64,000 nt of DNA from Anthoceros angustus (taxonomy: Eukaryota > Plantae > Anthocerotophyta), in contig MU008160.1 in assembly GCA_010909165.1 (NCBI GenBank), positions 1,798,001 through 1,862,000 of the forward strand, written 5' to 3'. The position numbers were made by a program, and so were the translations under genes. The notes under the pieces were generated by a model. The model did not search any database. It was not told the DNA's origin and saw nothing but the letters and a program-made list of their open reading frames with translations. Of the stretch, positions 1 to 11,534 are shown in pieces; positions within the stretch are counted from its first letter, which is position 1, and each line of letters opens with the position of its first letter.

Positions 1-559
1 TCCCTAGACACTGTTCATTGTCCGGTTGTCTAGCCACCTACAGTTCAGCGTTTGACATGTGCCTCTAGGGCTTCCTCTAGCGTGGCCGCGAACCTTTTAC
101 CCAATACTTGGGCTTGTCCTTCTTGTTGTGGGGATCCTACCGTCCTGCTCCAAAGATTCGGATTTCTGGCACATAGTGTGCACGCCAGCAGATGCTTGCA
201 AGCTTCCCTTGTTCGTGTCGCATAGCCCGGCCCTACTTCCGCATAATAATTACCTTCAACAACCTCGGCGCACTGCGAATTGGGCCTTCCAAAACTTGTT
301 CTTCATGCCGTGCCTCGAGCCCGCGAACACCCCGACACACCGAGGAGGTAGAATTTCTCGTCTGCCCGCACGAGACTATAGTTCCTGTGCTCCAACTCTC
401 GTGACCCCGAGCACAAGTGACTAGTCTTGATGAATGCTTCGTTTGGTCGCCTTTGAGCCTTCCGCCTGGCCTCTACTCCCAGAGCGGTCCCCATCCCTCG
501 GCAGCCTTTCACTATTACCATGCCGCACCAAACCCGTGCCCACCCCACTCACATTTCCA

Positions 560-1010
560 GCCAGACACCTCCACCCCACCGCCTCCACGACATGTGTCCT
601 TGTCCACTTCAGTCCATCATCCTTCGCCTCATGAGATGTGTCCTCATTCTCCACCTCGTGTGTCCCTATCCACCTCAAGTGGGGCCTTCTCAACCTCAAG
701 TGTGTCATTCTCCACCTCATGTGTGGCATTTGTCCGTCGTGTGTGGCCTTCTCACGATGCCCTCCATGTCCACCTCAAGCGTGTCCTTGTCCACCTCTAG
801 TGTGGCCTTCTCAACCCGAGCTATGTCATTCTCCACCTCATGTGTGGCACTTTTACGCCTGTGTGTGGCCTTCACCTCGTAGCTCCCCCACCTCATGTGT
901 GTCCTTGTCCACCTCAAATGTGGCATTCTCCACTATAAGTGTGGCCTTTTCCGCCTGGATGTGGCCTTCTTCACCTCATGCGGCTCATTCTCCACCTCCT
1001 CATTGCCGCC
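560..1010 (-). repeat. Degenerate ~21-bp-period minisatellite encoding heptad (coiled-coil-like) repeats on the minus strand
   Basis: TCCACCTC and TGTGTGGC recur at ~21/42-bp spacing. ORF 717..926(-) reads EVENDIA-RVEKATL-EVDKDTL-EVDMEGI, a 7-aa period. Confidence 0.65.
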
Positions 1011-1385
1011 TCGTGGGCGTTGTTGCAAAGTTGTCCAAAACTTCGCATCATGTAAAAGTCATCAAGTGCTTGGGGTTGGATGTCGCCCACTAAGCCGCCA
1101 ACCACGCCATCACCTCCATGAACCTCCCGATGCCTCCCCACACCGCACCTCGTTCCACGCCCACCGGGTCTTCTGATCCGCCTGCAGTCATCAACCCGCA
1201 GCAATTCCATTGTTGCAACCTTCTCGAGGCCTACACCGATTGACCTTGCATTGAGTCGTTTTTCACCGAGGGCGGGTCCAAGCACCCCTCTTCTGCGACC
1301 GCACGCCAAAATCGGTAAGAGCCGCCGGGTAACAGAGTGGCCGTGTTCAATGGGAACACGGATCGCACTTGTCACGACCAATTTT

Positions 1386-2400
1386 TCATAGCAAGCCGAA
1401 AAACGATGATAGCATTAGACTTTGGAGGAAAGCAACACGTGCAAAGGAGAACCCTATTCCTCGGCACACACCCTCTACACACACTGGAGATGCCCGCATG
1501 TCCTGGCGGTGGCTACGGCGGATCTTCTCAAGGCGGGACAGCAATGCATCCGGATCCTTTACCAGCTCAAGGTACTCAGATTTCCACTCCTTGAGCTGTT
1601 CACTGCACCACGCCTCTGGTACTGTTCCCTGCGGAAGGTCCCAACCTTTGCGACATACCACCGGGTGTCCACATCCATGCTGCAGTCTTCCAGGGCACAT
1701 GTCTTGTTGGTCCGCAAATGGGAAAAAAGGCAAAATTCATGGTACATATGCCCGCACGAGAGCAAAACCTGCTCATTGCAGCCAAACCACCTGCAATGAC
1801 ACGCACTCAATGAGAAACAAGGTGGACACCGCCTGCATAAGAAAACAGATCCGCGACAATCGAAAGAATACCTTGCGCATAGGCAAGCATTCACGAATTG
1901 TTGGTCTGGCCGTCCGCTCCAATGGCGCTGGAAGGAAGTTGGTGCGACCAGCCTCCTTCCACTTCAACATCCATGACCGCTGCAAGAGACTTGAGGATGT
2001 TGAACATCCGCCTCCTTTCGGCCGACAACGCAAGCCCCAAGCTCATGTTGCGCGGCCTCCGCTAACTCCTCAACCCAAGGTGTGCTTTTCCAGTGTACAA
2101 GGCTTGAAGCGGCCCGAAGGTGGCGATTAGGGATCTGTGCCCTTGAATGTCCTCAAAAGTCTCGCCTCGTCAATGCTCTCGCACCATCTCCATTTCTTGA
2201 GAACACTTGCGGATGTCGAACGCCACCTCCCCAAGTCTCTGCTTTTCACCAGCCAATGCTTGCTTCACCTCCTTTGCAGTGGCATCCACCTTGTCAAGTT
2301 GCAGACCGCCAACTCAAATGGATCGTGGTCGCTGAGGATGGTAGCCACCTTGCTCTTCCTTCGCGTGCTGCCCTCACCTGATCATCACCGAAGTTACCCA
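1386..2400 (-). pseudogene. Frameshifted ORF: coiled-coil region followed by a RING-H2-like zinc finger (probable TE accessory ORF)
   Basis: ORF 1559..1894(-) contains CxCRWFGCNEQVLLSCGHMYHEFCLFSHLRTNKTCALEDC (CGH-x2-H-x2-C...C-x4-C). Upstream pieces read LDKVDATAKEVKQALAGEKQRLGEVAFDIRK. Downstream frame 1386..1733 reads WCSEQLKEWKSEYLELVKDPDALLSRLEKIR. Confidence 0.6.
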
Positions 2401-2424
2401 TCCACCCTTCCAGTGGAACATTAT

Positions 2425-2845
2425 TGCATGCAAAGTGGCATTGTGCCACCAGGTAGAACCAATATGCAGGAAAAGTGGCCTTGGGCACGAAGTGGAAGAT
2501 GATACGAGTAAATGACCGGGTGCAACGACATGTGGCAGTGGACAATTGCATGCAAGTGGCATTGCACAGTGGAACAAATGCGGGAAAAATGACATTGGGC
2601 ACTGGAAGTGGAAGCAAAAGCAAATGACGAGGGTGCAACGCATGTGGCAGTGGACCGACGTGCAAAGTGGCATTGTGCACACAGTGGAACAAATGAGCGG
2701 AAAAATGACATTGGGCACGGAAGTGGAAGATGACATAGCAAATGATCGTGGTGCAACGCACATGTGGAGTGGACGAATTGCAGCAAAGTGGCCTTGTACA
2801 CATAGGTGGAACAAACCGCAGATAACCGACATTGGGCACACCAAG
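2425..2845. repeat. Tandem repeat, ~118-bp unit, ~4 copies
   Basis: Units begin TGCA(TG)CAAAGTGGC at ~2425, 2546, 2660 and 2779, and each contains GTGGAACAAA...GACATTGGGCAC...GGTGCAACG. Confidence 0.8.
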
Positions 2846-3099
2846 CGGATGAGAAACAAACAGACATGACTAGGTGCGACGACATGTCGCTCAACAACAG
2901 TGTCCGAGCCGATCAGATAAGCTAGTGCATGGTGCACTTCACATGAGCCTACACTATGTCAAAATAGGTTGATGACAAGGAGGGCCATCCCGGTGCTCCT
3001 TAGAGGATACTAGGTAGTCTAGAGGACTTAGCGACTGTGCATGGAATCAGAAGATAAATCTGGCATGTTAGACAACCTTGAGAGACAAAATAAAAACAA

Positions 3100-4460
3100 G
3101 CACATCCTACCATGAGGTGGCTGCTCATGTCTGTGGCTTCCCTACAATGAGTAGGGGCTCTTCCTCCTTGACTCCGCAGCCTTCACCGCCTCCCGCTTTT
3201 CCTCTCGTATTTCGCTTTTATTCCTTCCGGATTGGTCTTCTCGTGAAACACCCTCCAGTTCACCTCAACGCCAAGAAGTTTCTCCAACGCAATCCCAAGG
3301 GCCATAAGCCTAGGGATCCGCTTCTCCCCAAGCTGGGCCTCAACTCGTACATGCCATAAACAAGAACATCAACCCTCCATTCTTCACGAGGGCAGCCTCG
3401 CCAACCATGCCCCTCGTTAAAACTGGGGCCAAAAGCTTCCACCTCCTCCTCATTCCCCAACATTTCCTCACCATTTGCGAGCCCCAAGTCTTTGACATCC
3501 ACCCCAAAGACAACGGATGCGCCATCACTCCATGTCCATCTTGCCATCTCTTTCGCTCGCCCATATTCCTCCAAGCGCTCTCTTTGCTGCCGGCGCTCCT
3601 TCCGGCTCCGCTCCGCCCTACTTTTGGATTCCATGGATCGCCACGGCTTGGGCACCCTGTGAGGTCGCTTCCACCTCACCTCCGCCGCCACAGATGAGTG
3701 CCCAGAGCTCCTCCCGAGTGTGGTCTTCCACATCTCTGGCGCCCTCGCTTTCAAGCTCCGGACGCCCTTAGATGAATTCCTCCGCACACACAACCCACAT
3801 CAAGGACCACCGCGTTACATGGAAAGCTGCAGTGAAGCACCATCCACATCCGCAGCATCAAAGCACTCGAGCACGCCAGCGCATCACGCCGAGCCGCAAG
3901 TCCCCATCGCGACGGCCCGCCTTGTCCTCCGCCATCCGCAGCCTCTCGCCGTGCAGACGAGGCCCATGTCCTAGCCCCAAACCACTGGGCTCGAGGAGGG
4001 CTCCACAAGCCGGGTCTCGGGACATGAGCTTAGAGGTGCCTCCCACCTGAAGAGGCCTTGCACTTGACGATCACCACCTCACCCAATCGCACCCTAAACT
4101 TTCCAAACATGCAATCATACCTGAGGCCGATCCCGGCTTCCGAGCTCCTAGGTGGGCGTTTCCTGGGCATGTCGGAGCAGGTCATGGCGAAACGCAAGCC
4201 CGAACCCAAGAATTGCTCAGCGACCTCGCACCTCGCATTGGTGGCTCGAACTTGGCTGTCCTCCCGGCGCTGGCCCGATCTCCCTTCCGACCGCTGCCTC
4301 TAAACCGTGGGGACCTCATTGTGGATGAGTGGGCACCCTCCTCCCTTCCTCCCCGAACACTCCAAATGGCGATGGTGGCGCGCCTCGAGCTCCCCGAGAG
4401 CTCAAACCGCCACACCTTCACGCCCGAGCCGGTACTTTCCTCCCAAGTTCAAGCATGACA
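3100..4460 (-). pseudogene. Degenerate coding-like region of unknown family downstream of the outer element's protease
   Basis: Protein-like pieces in shifting frames, e.g. 3260..3793(-) ERLEEYGRAKEMARWTWSDGASVVFGVDVKDLGL...VDVLVYGMYELRP. No family recognised. Confidence 0.3.
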
Positions 4461-4519
4461 TGTTCACGCTCCAAATTTGACTTAACTTCAAACTATATAA
4501 ATATTGGATAATCGAAACT

Positions 4520-5288
4520 CAGGCAAGCACATAGTGCACATTTGCATATGTCACAAATGTGGTATACCTAACCGTGCCTAATACACCCAATCTAACTATG
4601 TTTCGTGCCCAATCTAGCTCCAACTTGTTGCAGCTTTGGCGAGCCGGGGTTTGCCGATTATCAAGTCATGGCGGGCGTCGGCATCACAGTGAGCAAGACT
4701 TCAAAGATAGCCACCGAAGGTAACTCTTGCCTCAAGACATCCTTCCACTGCATGTCACTTGGAGTGGTGCCCAGACACGTGCTGTCCCCGACCGCAACCC
4801 TCGCCACCGAGAGATATAATGGTGGCCGGCTCCGAGTCTACCAGACTGGGTACCACACAATTGAGACCCTACTAACAACTTGACTAACATTATCCAAAGG
4901 TTTCAGCAGATCCACTCATAAACCATGGCACAATTTGTTGTGGGAAAGCATTAACCATTTTTCGTTTCTAAACCACTTCCTCCGTCTTCACCGAATGGCC
5001 ACCTTGGCGTTAGAGCAACCAAGAGGGTGCGTGTGGTCTCGACCTTTTTCCTTTGCCGGTGATGAACTCCTTTCGATGGGGGCGGGCTCCGGATCCGTGT
5101 TCAAGAAAGGCATGTGAAGTATGTTTCTCATGATATTTCTTTTGTCCTCTTTACGGTAGGATCTTGAAACGGGTCCCTTCTCTCGCTGCACTTGCCGGTT
5201 GACCCCACCTCGGCTTGTTTGGGTAAGCGTGTTGAGATGCTTGTACTTGTTGCAGCGGATCGGCAAATCTTCATGGCATCGACTAGCA
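4520..5288 (-). pseudogene. Gag C-terminus plus degenerate aspartic protease of the outer (minus-strand) Ty3/Gypsy element
   Basis: LVDAMKICRSA continues the gag broken at 22410. Protease-like motifs follow across frameshifts: SHN, VAVGDSTCLG, FEVL...LIIGKPRL, LELDW. The catalytic DSG/DTG motif is not intact. Confidence 0.65.
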
Positions 5289-5520
5289 TGTGGTGACCAC
5301 TGGGTACTCGGACCCCTCGAAAGGAGTTTTTTTTTTGTTGTTTGTGTTAAGTTGTGAATCGTGTGAGTTGGAGTGTGAAGTCGATTAGAAAATAAGAAAA
5401 GTCTACTAGAGCCTAGTAGGAGGAAGAGAGTCTAGTCCCGATCCTCGATGTAACCTTGAGGGTGGCTGTCGTTGCTAACGCGTTGCTAGGCCGGTTGTTA
5501 ATGCATTCGTTGTTATGACT
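5289..5520 (+). repeat. Truncated copy (~230 bp) of the LTR 5' end, carrying the true insertion junction
   Basis: TGTGGTGACCAC...AAGGAGTTTTTT...AATAAGAAAAGTCTACTAGAGCCTAGTAGGA matches the LTR starts at 6594 and 17204, then diverges. Confidence 0.85.
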
Positions 5521-5655
5521 AAACTGGCTACTCCGTCCGCTCGCAGATACCCTCCCGAGTTCCTCCGCCGCCCGGCCCGCCATGCTGGGGCCGCCTCGAC
5601 GAACACGGGTCCCCGCCTCCCCTACACACACCACCACACTGCTAGGGTCCGTCAC

Positions 5656-6023
5656 TGTGACCTTGATCGCCTCTCCGAGCCGCCGGCTCGCCGCTGACTC
5701 AGACTCACGTTAGCATGAAGACACACAAAGGTCTCGCAAGAAACGCATCAACACCAAGAGAAGATGATTTATTGAAGCAATTTCACCTCTTTATACTACG
5801 CCCAAGTCGGCGCCTTTATTACACCTCATTCGAGTCTGTGCCCAAGACGCCTAATCGGCGCTACCATCCTATTCCTCCCTCCTATCTCCTTCGCCAGGTG
5901 GGCCCGGAAGGTCCTCTGGTTCCGCTCTTGGTATTGGTGGTCCAATCTCCTGTCCCGACAATTATACAAGACTCCAATCGGATGATCCGCGGGCCCTTCC
6001 TTCCTCTGGAACTCGCCGTTACA
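5656..6023 (-). mobile_element. Solo-LTR-like segment of an unrelated element
   Basis: TGTGAC...GTTACA imperfect inverted ends. On the minus strand a TATAAA (~5790) precedes an AATAAA (~5770). No target-site duplication found. Confidence 0.4.
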
Positions 6024-7189
6024 ACGGCATGGTCTCGACGACACTGCTACACAACGCCCCTGCCCCTGGGTCCCTCCCTAGAGGGCCACCGACGGTTTCG
6101 CCTCCCCAAGCCTGAGGACCTCCTCGCTCCCGAGTCCGGGACCTTGTGGTCCTGGCCTCGACCCCGAGTCCGAACTTCGGAGTCCGCTTTATTTTCCTCG
6201 AGTCCGGCCTCACGGGTCCGGCCTCATCTTCGGGTTCGGACCGGTCCGAACTTCCACACGGGGTCCGATCCCCAAGCTCCGGACACCTTATCCGCGGACT
6301 CTTATGCGCTAGGGCCCCTCATCTACCCACCACCCTTTGTCTTGGGTCGTGTTGGCTTCCTCCTTCCGCGCCTTCGTCCCCGCCTATCCTCCTCCCGAGC
6401 AAAGCTGCGGACTTACCCCCGAGGTCCGCTTGTATTGGCCCCGCCCCTGCCTCCCGAGGCTCTTCTCCCTCCGCTGCCTCCAAACATGTGGCCACTAGGG
6501 ATCCCTGGCCGCCCCATGCCCTTCATCCCTTCCCAGCCTTCCGGGGTCCGGCCCATTTGTAGCGGCTACCGAGGCTTCTAATGCCTTAAGGAGTGTGGTG
6601 ACCACATGGGTACTCAGGCTAAAAGGAGTGTTTTTTTTGTTTGTGTTTAAGTTGTGAGAATCGGGGTTGGAATGTGAAGTAGGTTAGGAAATAAGAAAAG
6701 TCTACTAGAGCCTAGTAGGATAAGAGAGTCTAGTCCTCGATCCCGACAGAACCCTGAGGGTTACCAGTTGCCATAACGCTGCTGTTAGTTGATGCAGACC
6801 GTTATGACAACAACCGACGGAGCTGCTATGGTAGCAACCAAGTCGGAGTTATTTTCCGATAAATTCGGAAACCTATTTAAAGTGAATCAGGAAATACACC
6901 GAGCGGGAAGTAACGTGTCCTATACTAAGTCCACGTAGCGAAGTGGGTATCTTGAAATTGAGTAAAGCCCCGACGGGCGCTACCGAACTCAGGCCTGATC
7001 GGAGACTAAGCTGGGGCGCGGGTCACAAGGCGGGGTCACAGTCGAATGCTGGTTCGTGACAAGCACGCCAAAAAGACGAGGGTCTGAGCAACACGCTCGG
7101 GAGGATCTGGCGGTGAGCCGGGAGGGAGGGTGCTATGAAGCAGCCGGCGGCCCCAATTATGGTTGGTGGAAGGAGCCAGAAATGAGGGG

Positions 7190-7400
7190 GGCAATTCTGG
7201 CATGACGGTCTGGTGGAGAGCTACCAAGGAGCGCGTAATCGACGGAAGGGCGGCGTAATCGGACGGAAGGGCGGCGCGGACGAAGGAGGCGAACGGAAGG
7301 AGCGCGAGTTGACGGAAGGAGCGGCGTAATCGGACGGAAGGAGCGGTAATCGGAGCCAAGGAGCGGCGAATGGACGGAAGGAGCGCGAATCGGACGGAAG
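7190..7400. repeat. G-rich ~21-24-bp minisatellite inside the LTR
   Basis: About 8 degenerate copies of CGGACGGAAGGAGCG(G)CG(TA)AT. Confidence 0.7.
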
Positions 7401-8039
7401 GAGAGGTGTGGTCGCAAGTTCGCCCATGCCGGTGGGGAGTAATCAATGCAGCCCCGAGAAGGCCGGGTGGGCGGGCAGCGCTGCGATCAGCCGGGGAGCA
7501 CGCGAATCTGGTGGAGCGAAGAGGCCGTGGGAAATCCTGCAGGATGGATAAAGTAGGGTGAGGCGGACAGGTACCTGACTGGTCGAGTGGCGCGCACCTA
7601 GAGAGCGTCGGGAAGGATTCTAATCGGAGGAGCGGGGCGTGGTCACGCCACAGGGTCACTGGGCATGCCGGAGTAGTCGGCCGGAGCAGGAGTGATATGA
7701 TGGGCGACGGCCGAATAATCGATCGAGGTGCAGGCCGCGGAGAGAAGTCAGCGGCACCAAGGGGGGGGCACCTAATCGTGGTGTGATACACCGGACCTCA
7801 CATATTTGAGGAGGAAAGGCGGATCGGGCTTGAGCGGCAAAGTATATATTGTGCCCAAAGGATCAGACAGGTTTCAATTCCAGAGGGGTGGGTGTCAAGC
7901 CGGATACGTAAAACGGCCGAAGTACGTGAACCGAATAAATTCAGTGGTCTGACGCTTCCCAAAAGTGCGGAGGAATCCACAGTGGTGACACCGCCATCGT
8001 GGAGTTGCCGAAGAAGAGTTTCCTAGGAATTCTCCAACA

Positions 8040-10096
8040 AACAAGCCGTGAGCAAGGAAATTTTGTGGAAGTCGGCCCCGAGGAGACTGATATCTGGTCC
8101 TAAGAAGACCACTAAGGCCATTGAGGCCATTACCATCGTCAATGGCCCAACATGGGGCAATCGGAGAGTGAAAGCGGTTCCTTGGTGGCCAAGCATCACT
8201 TGTCCTTCATGGACAAAAAGTGGTGCTACAAGAGCCTGTAATTGGTTCGGAATGGAGTGACACATGAGGGAGAAGGCTGTGGGAAGGCAACACGAACCAA
8301 CCCCGCACTGGAATATTCAGTTGTTCCAGCTTATGAGAGGCTCAAGAGGAATGTGGTGGAATAATCATTGATCCTTTCGTGAAGCCATCTCCCAAAAGTG
8401 CAGGAGGCACAAGTCGCCATTGCTCCCACATTGTCTAGGGTGGAGAATGGTCACCAACAAAGTTAGACCTCGAAATGGCCGGATTAGCCAGTGATCCTGC
8501 TCGCTCACTAAGAAGCTAGAGCACATTGTCTTTTCTTGTCTTTCTCTATGAGGTGAGAGGGTCCAAGATAGATTGGGCTAGGATGTTCTATGACATGGTG
8601 GAGAGGGACCACTTGACCCTACCATCACCCAGCCCTCGCCTCTATCTCCTTCTTAATCCACATTTTTGACCATGCCAAGTTGCGGAGGGGATAGAGATGG
8701 TCTCATTTCCATGCCCGGAGGCCGGTGTTTGAAAGAAGGAAGCCCAAAGAGGAGTCGAGGAAGAGGCCATCTCCGTGGCACGGGAGTGAAGATGAGAAGT
8801 CCAAGTGTCCATGAAGAGGAATGTGGCGCTTGCTAAGGCATCACCATGGCTAACAAAGCAACCGGAGTTGCTAAGACCCCAACAGCACCAAGAGAGGTCG
8901 GGCCGAGCAGGGGACTCCAACCACTCCTAGAGCCACAAGAGCACGAGGAACTCACCGACAAGCAGATAAAGGAAAGGCAGCACGGGCTCAGAGCCCGTGG
9001 CGGGAAGCCACAGTCAACAGGAGGAATCGGCCCAACCTTGGCACCGACCGAGAAAGTCACTACTGCTCAAGGGTGACCTCAAGTATACCCCAAGTGGTCG
9101 CAGGGAGAGCCGGGCCACCATAGGAAGGAGGGAACCCATCCCGAAGGTTTGGGGCCTAACATCACCCGCAAGAGTTGGGTCTCAGCTATGGCACGCACTA
9201 GGTGAGATGGAGGACCGAGCTGGGTCCTCTCTTTGTTAGGTTTACAGCAGCAGGGAACAACAGAGAGGAGGAGCTCCAGGAATGAAGGGAGAAGGAGGTC
9301 TTGGAGGGACGCCTAGGTAGCATGGAAGGGAATTAAAGGAAGGTCCGAGAAGAGTTGCAAGACCAAGGATGTGGAAACCTCATGGTTCACTCTCCTGACA
9401 CAAAAGCACCATAGGGGAGCTGCAATGTCATCTCGATGCGCAAGTTCAGCCGAAATCGGATGCCGGGCGCCTAAGAAGGAGAGGGACGAGGCAAGGAAAG
9501 GTTGGAAAGAGGCCAAGAGGGCTGTGATTGCAAGGAGAGCCACCGTGGAAGATGCGAGCCTCCCATGGAAGAATCTGGCCGAGTTAGCACCGAGGAGGTT
9601 GCTACAAGCAACCGCCAAGCCGCTAAGGAAGCACACCTGCACTGCTAAGGGAGCAACAGCTCCAAGACCAGCTACAACAAGGAAGAAGGGGCAATGTAAG
9701 ACTGTGAGGAGGACAACAGGGGGGAGCGGTAAGCACCGCCTAAGAAGTCTAACTTCCCAATGGTGCATTAGATTGAGGGATGCTTATCAAGATAACCATG
9801 TGCCCGGATTCTCCTTGGCTGGAGAGAAGATTGTCTCCCGAAAGTTTATGTTGTTGTGGGCATGGGGGACATGGAGGTACTTGATCCATGCCTTGACGGC
9901 ACGGATCCTACCTATGGGTTGGATTCTTAAGGAGGAAACTCTCACCGACCCATCCAGATTCAAGAGCTCACCGAGGAGGAGTACTGCACTATGCGGCGAG
10001 CACAAGAGAGAGAGGAGTCCCCGAGGAGGTAGAGATTTTATGGGAGAGATTGCCCAACCAGCCAAGAGGGAGGAGAGCAAGAGGAGAACATGCTAG
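8040..10096 (+). pseudogene. LTR-internal accessory ORF, 5' LTR copy (frameshifted)
   Basis: Peptide pieces PKKTTKAIEAIT, FMDKKWCYKSL, KIDWARMFYD and RYLIHALT match the 3' LTR copy. Confidence 0.6.
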
Positions 10097-11449
10097 GGCC
10101 TAGGAGGCCTGTGGAGAGGTAATAATAGGGGTAAGTGGCCAAATAGCTAAAGGCCCATGTGTTATAGATCGAAATCTTATCCTCTCATAGTGGATGAATT
10201 GATAGATAGGCCTCTAGGATTGGTAGGCTAAGACCGATTGGTATTTTGGCAAGCCAAGCCGCTTTGTGGGTCGATCTTGGGTATAAGAGGCAGCCTCTTG
10301 ATGAAATGTAAGCAATGTTTAAGTCTTGGTGTTTGGGGGAAGCACGGGGTTTGGGGGTACCAGATCCAAGGTCGTAAGTCTAGACACCGCCTTTGTCACA
10401 GGAGGAGCCAAGAAGACCACTGTTGCCTAGATCCGTGGCGATCCGCAAGAGTGGTGGAAAGCAAGGGGGAGCCTTGAGGTCTCCTTGAGGGAGTCCAAGG
10501 TCAAGAGGAAGGGGTTGTGAAGCCGGGAGGCGTCCACTCTTCCTCATTCTTCTAGTCTAGTACTCACCTTGTGTTTGAGTTTTGTGTGTGTTGAGAGGTG
10601 TTTGGAAAATGAGACAAGTGAACTGTGAGAGAAGTGGAGAATCTGGACATGGAGAGTTGCTGATTGGCTGTTTGAGAGGAGTAAGAAGGACTGGAGAAGT
10701 CTGTAAGTGATGTGTGTTGGAAGAAGAGAGCGTGAGTGGAGGTTGAAGATCCCGTGAGTGGATGGGACGGAATGATTATGGAGAGTGAACAAGTATTTTG
10801 AGAGTTGGTGAGTGTAAGGTGGATGAGAACCTTGTAAGGACTGGAGAGTGTGAGTCGGAAAGTGGAGATTGAATGGGCGTGAGGTGAGAACAAGGAGAGT
10901 TGAAGAGAGTTGGGGAAACTTGGAGAGTGTGGGAGGATCGAGGCACCTCAAGGTGTGAGAGCTGGAGAGGTCTGTATGGAGCTTGGAAGGTGAGCTGAAA
11001 GGCTGGAGAGGGGCAAGGAAGTCAAGAAGTGCCGCAAGAGTGAGGGAGGAGTTATGGGAGAATCCCGATTGGTGGATCTAACTTTGTGGATGAATAAGAG
11101 AGAGAGAGAGAGAGAGATTATCCACTTGGATCCCAAGTGGACCCACCTTCTATTAATAGCCGACTGATCCCAAGGTGGACCCCTCCGCTAGAAATAGAGG
11201 TTGCTAAGATAGCAACCGCCTCTGCTAAGGTAGCAACAGGTCGCTAAGATAGCCACAGTGTCCGAGTGTTGTTAGGATAGTAGCTGTCTCAGAATCGCTA
11301 GATGTTTATGTGTCTGTTTGGTTGGATTGGCTATGTTTTGGTTGTCTTGACACGAAATCACTCCCTTGGGTACGAATCTCAAGTCTACAACGATAAAGAG
11401 GGTAAATGTGGCCTCTTTGTGACCACTTGGTTTAGAAAATCACTCCACA

Positions 11450-11464
11450 TTTTGGGCCGTAGTG
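11450..11464 (+). promoter_or_regulatory. Primer-binding site (probably tRNA-Asp type)
   Basis: TTTTGGGCCGTAG directly follows the LTR's terminal CA. It differs by one base from TGGCGCCGT, the tRNA-Asp PBS known for Athila-like elements. Confidence 0.55.
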
Positions 11465-11534
11465 TCATTGTTGTCAAGACCTTAGAGTAGACTAACCTTG
11501 TCTAGTAGTGTATTGGGAGTCTTGAGTGATACAT

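Larger units (their letters stand above)
6594..11449 (+). repeat. 5' LTR (~4.86 kb)
   Basis: Begins TGTGGTGACCACATGGG and ends AAATCACTCCACA. Collinear with 17204..22409. Contains a (GA)n tract at ~11100. Confidence 0.9.

Noticed and set aside
5715-6581. 288-aa ORF on +
   Set aside because: Pro/Arg/Leu-rich translation of GC-rich TE sequence that crosses a solo-LTR-like boundary; no domain.
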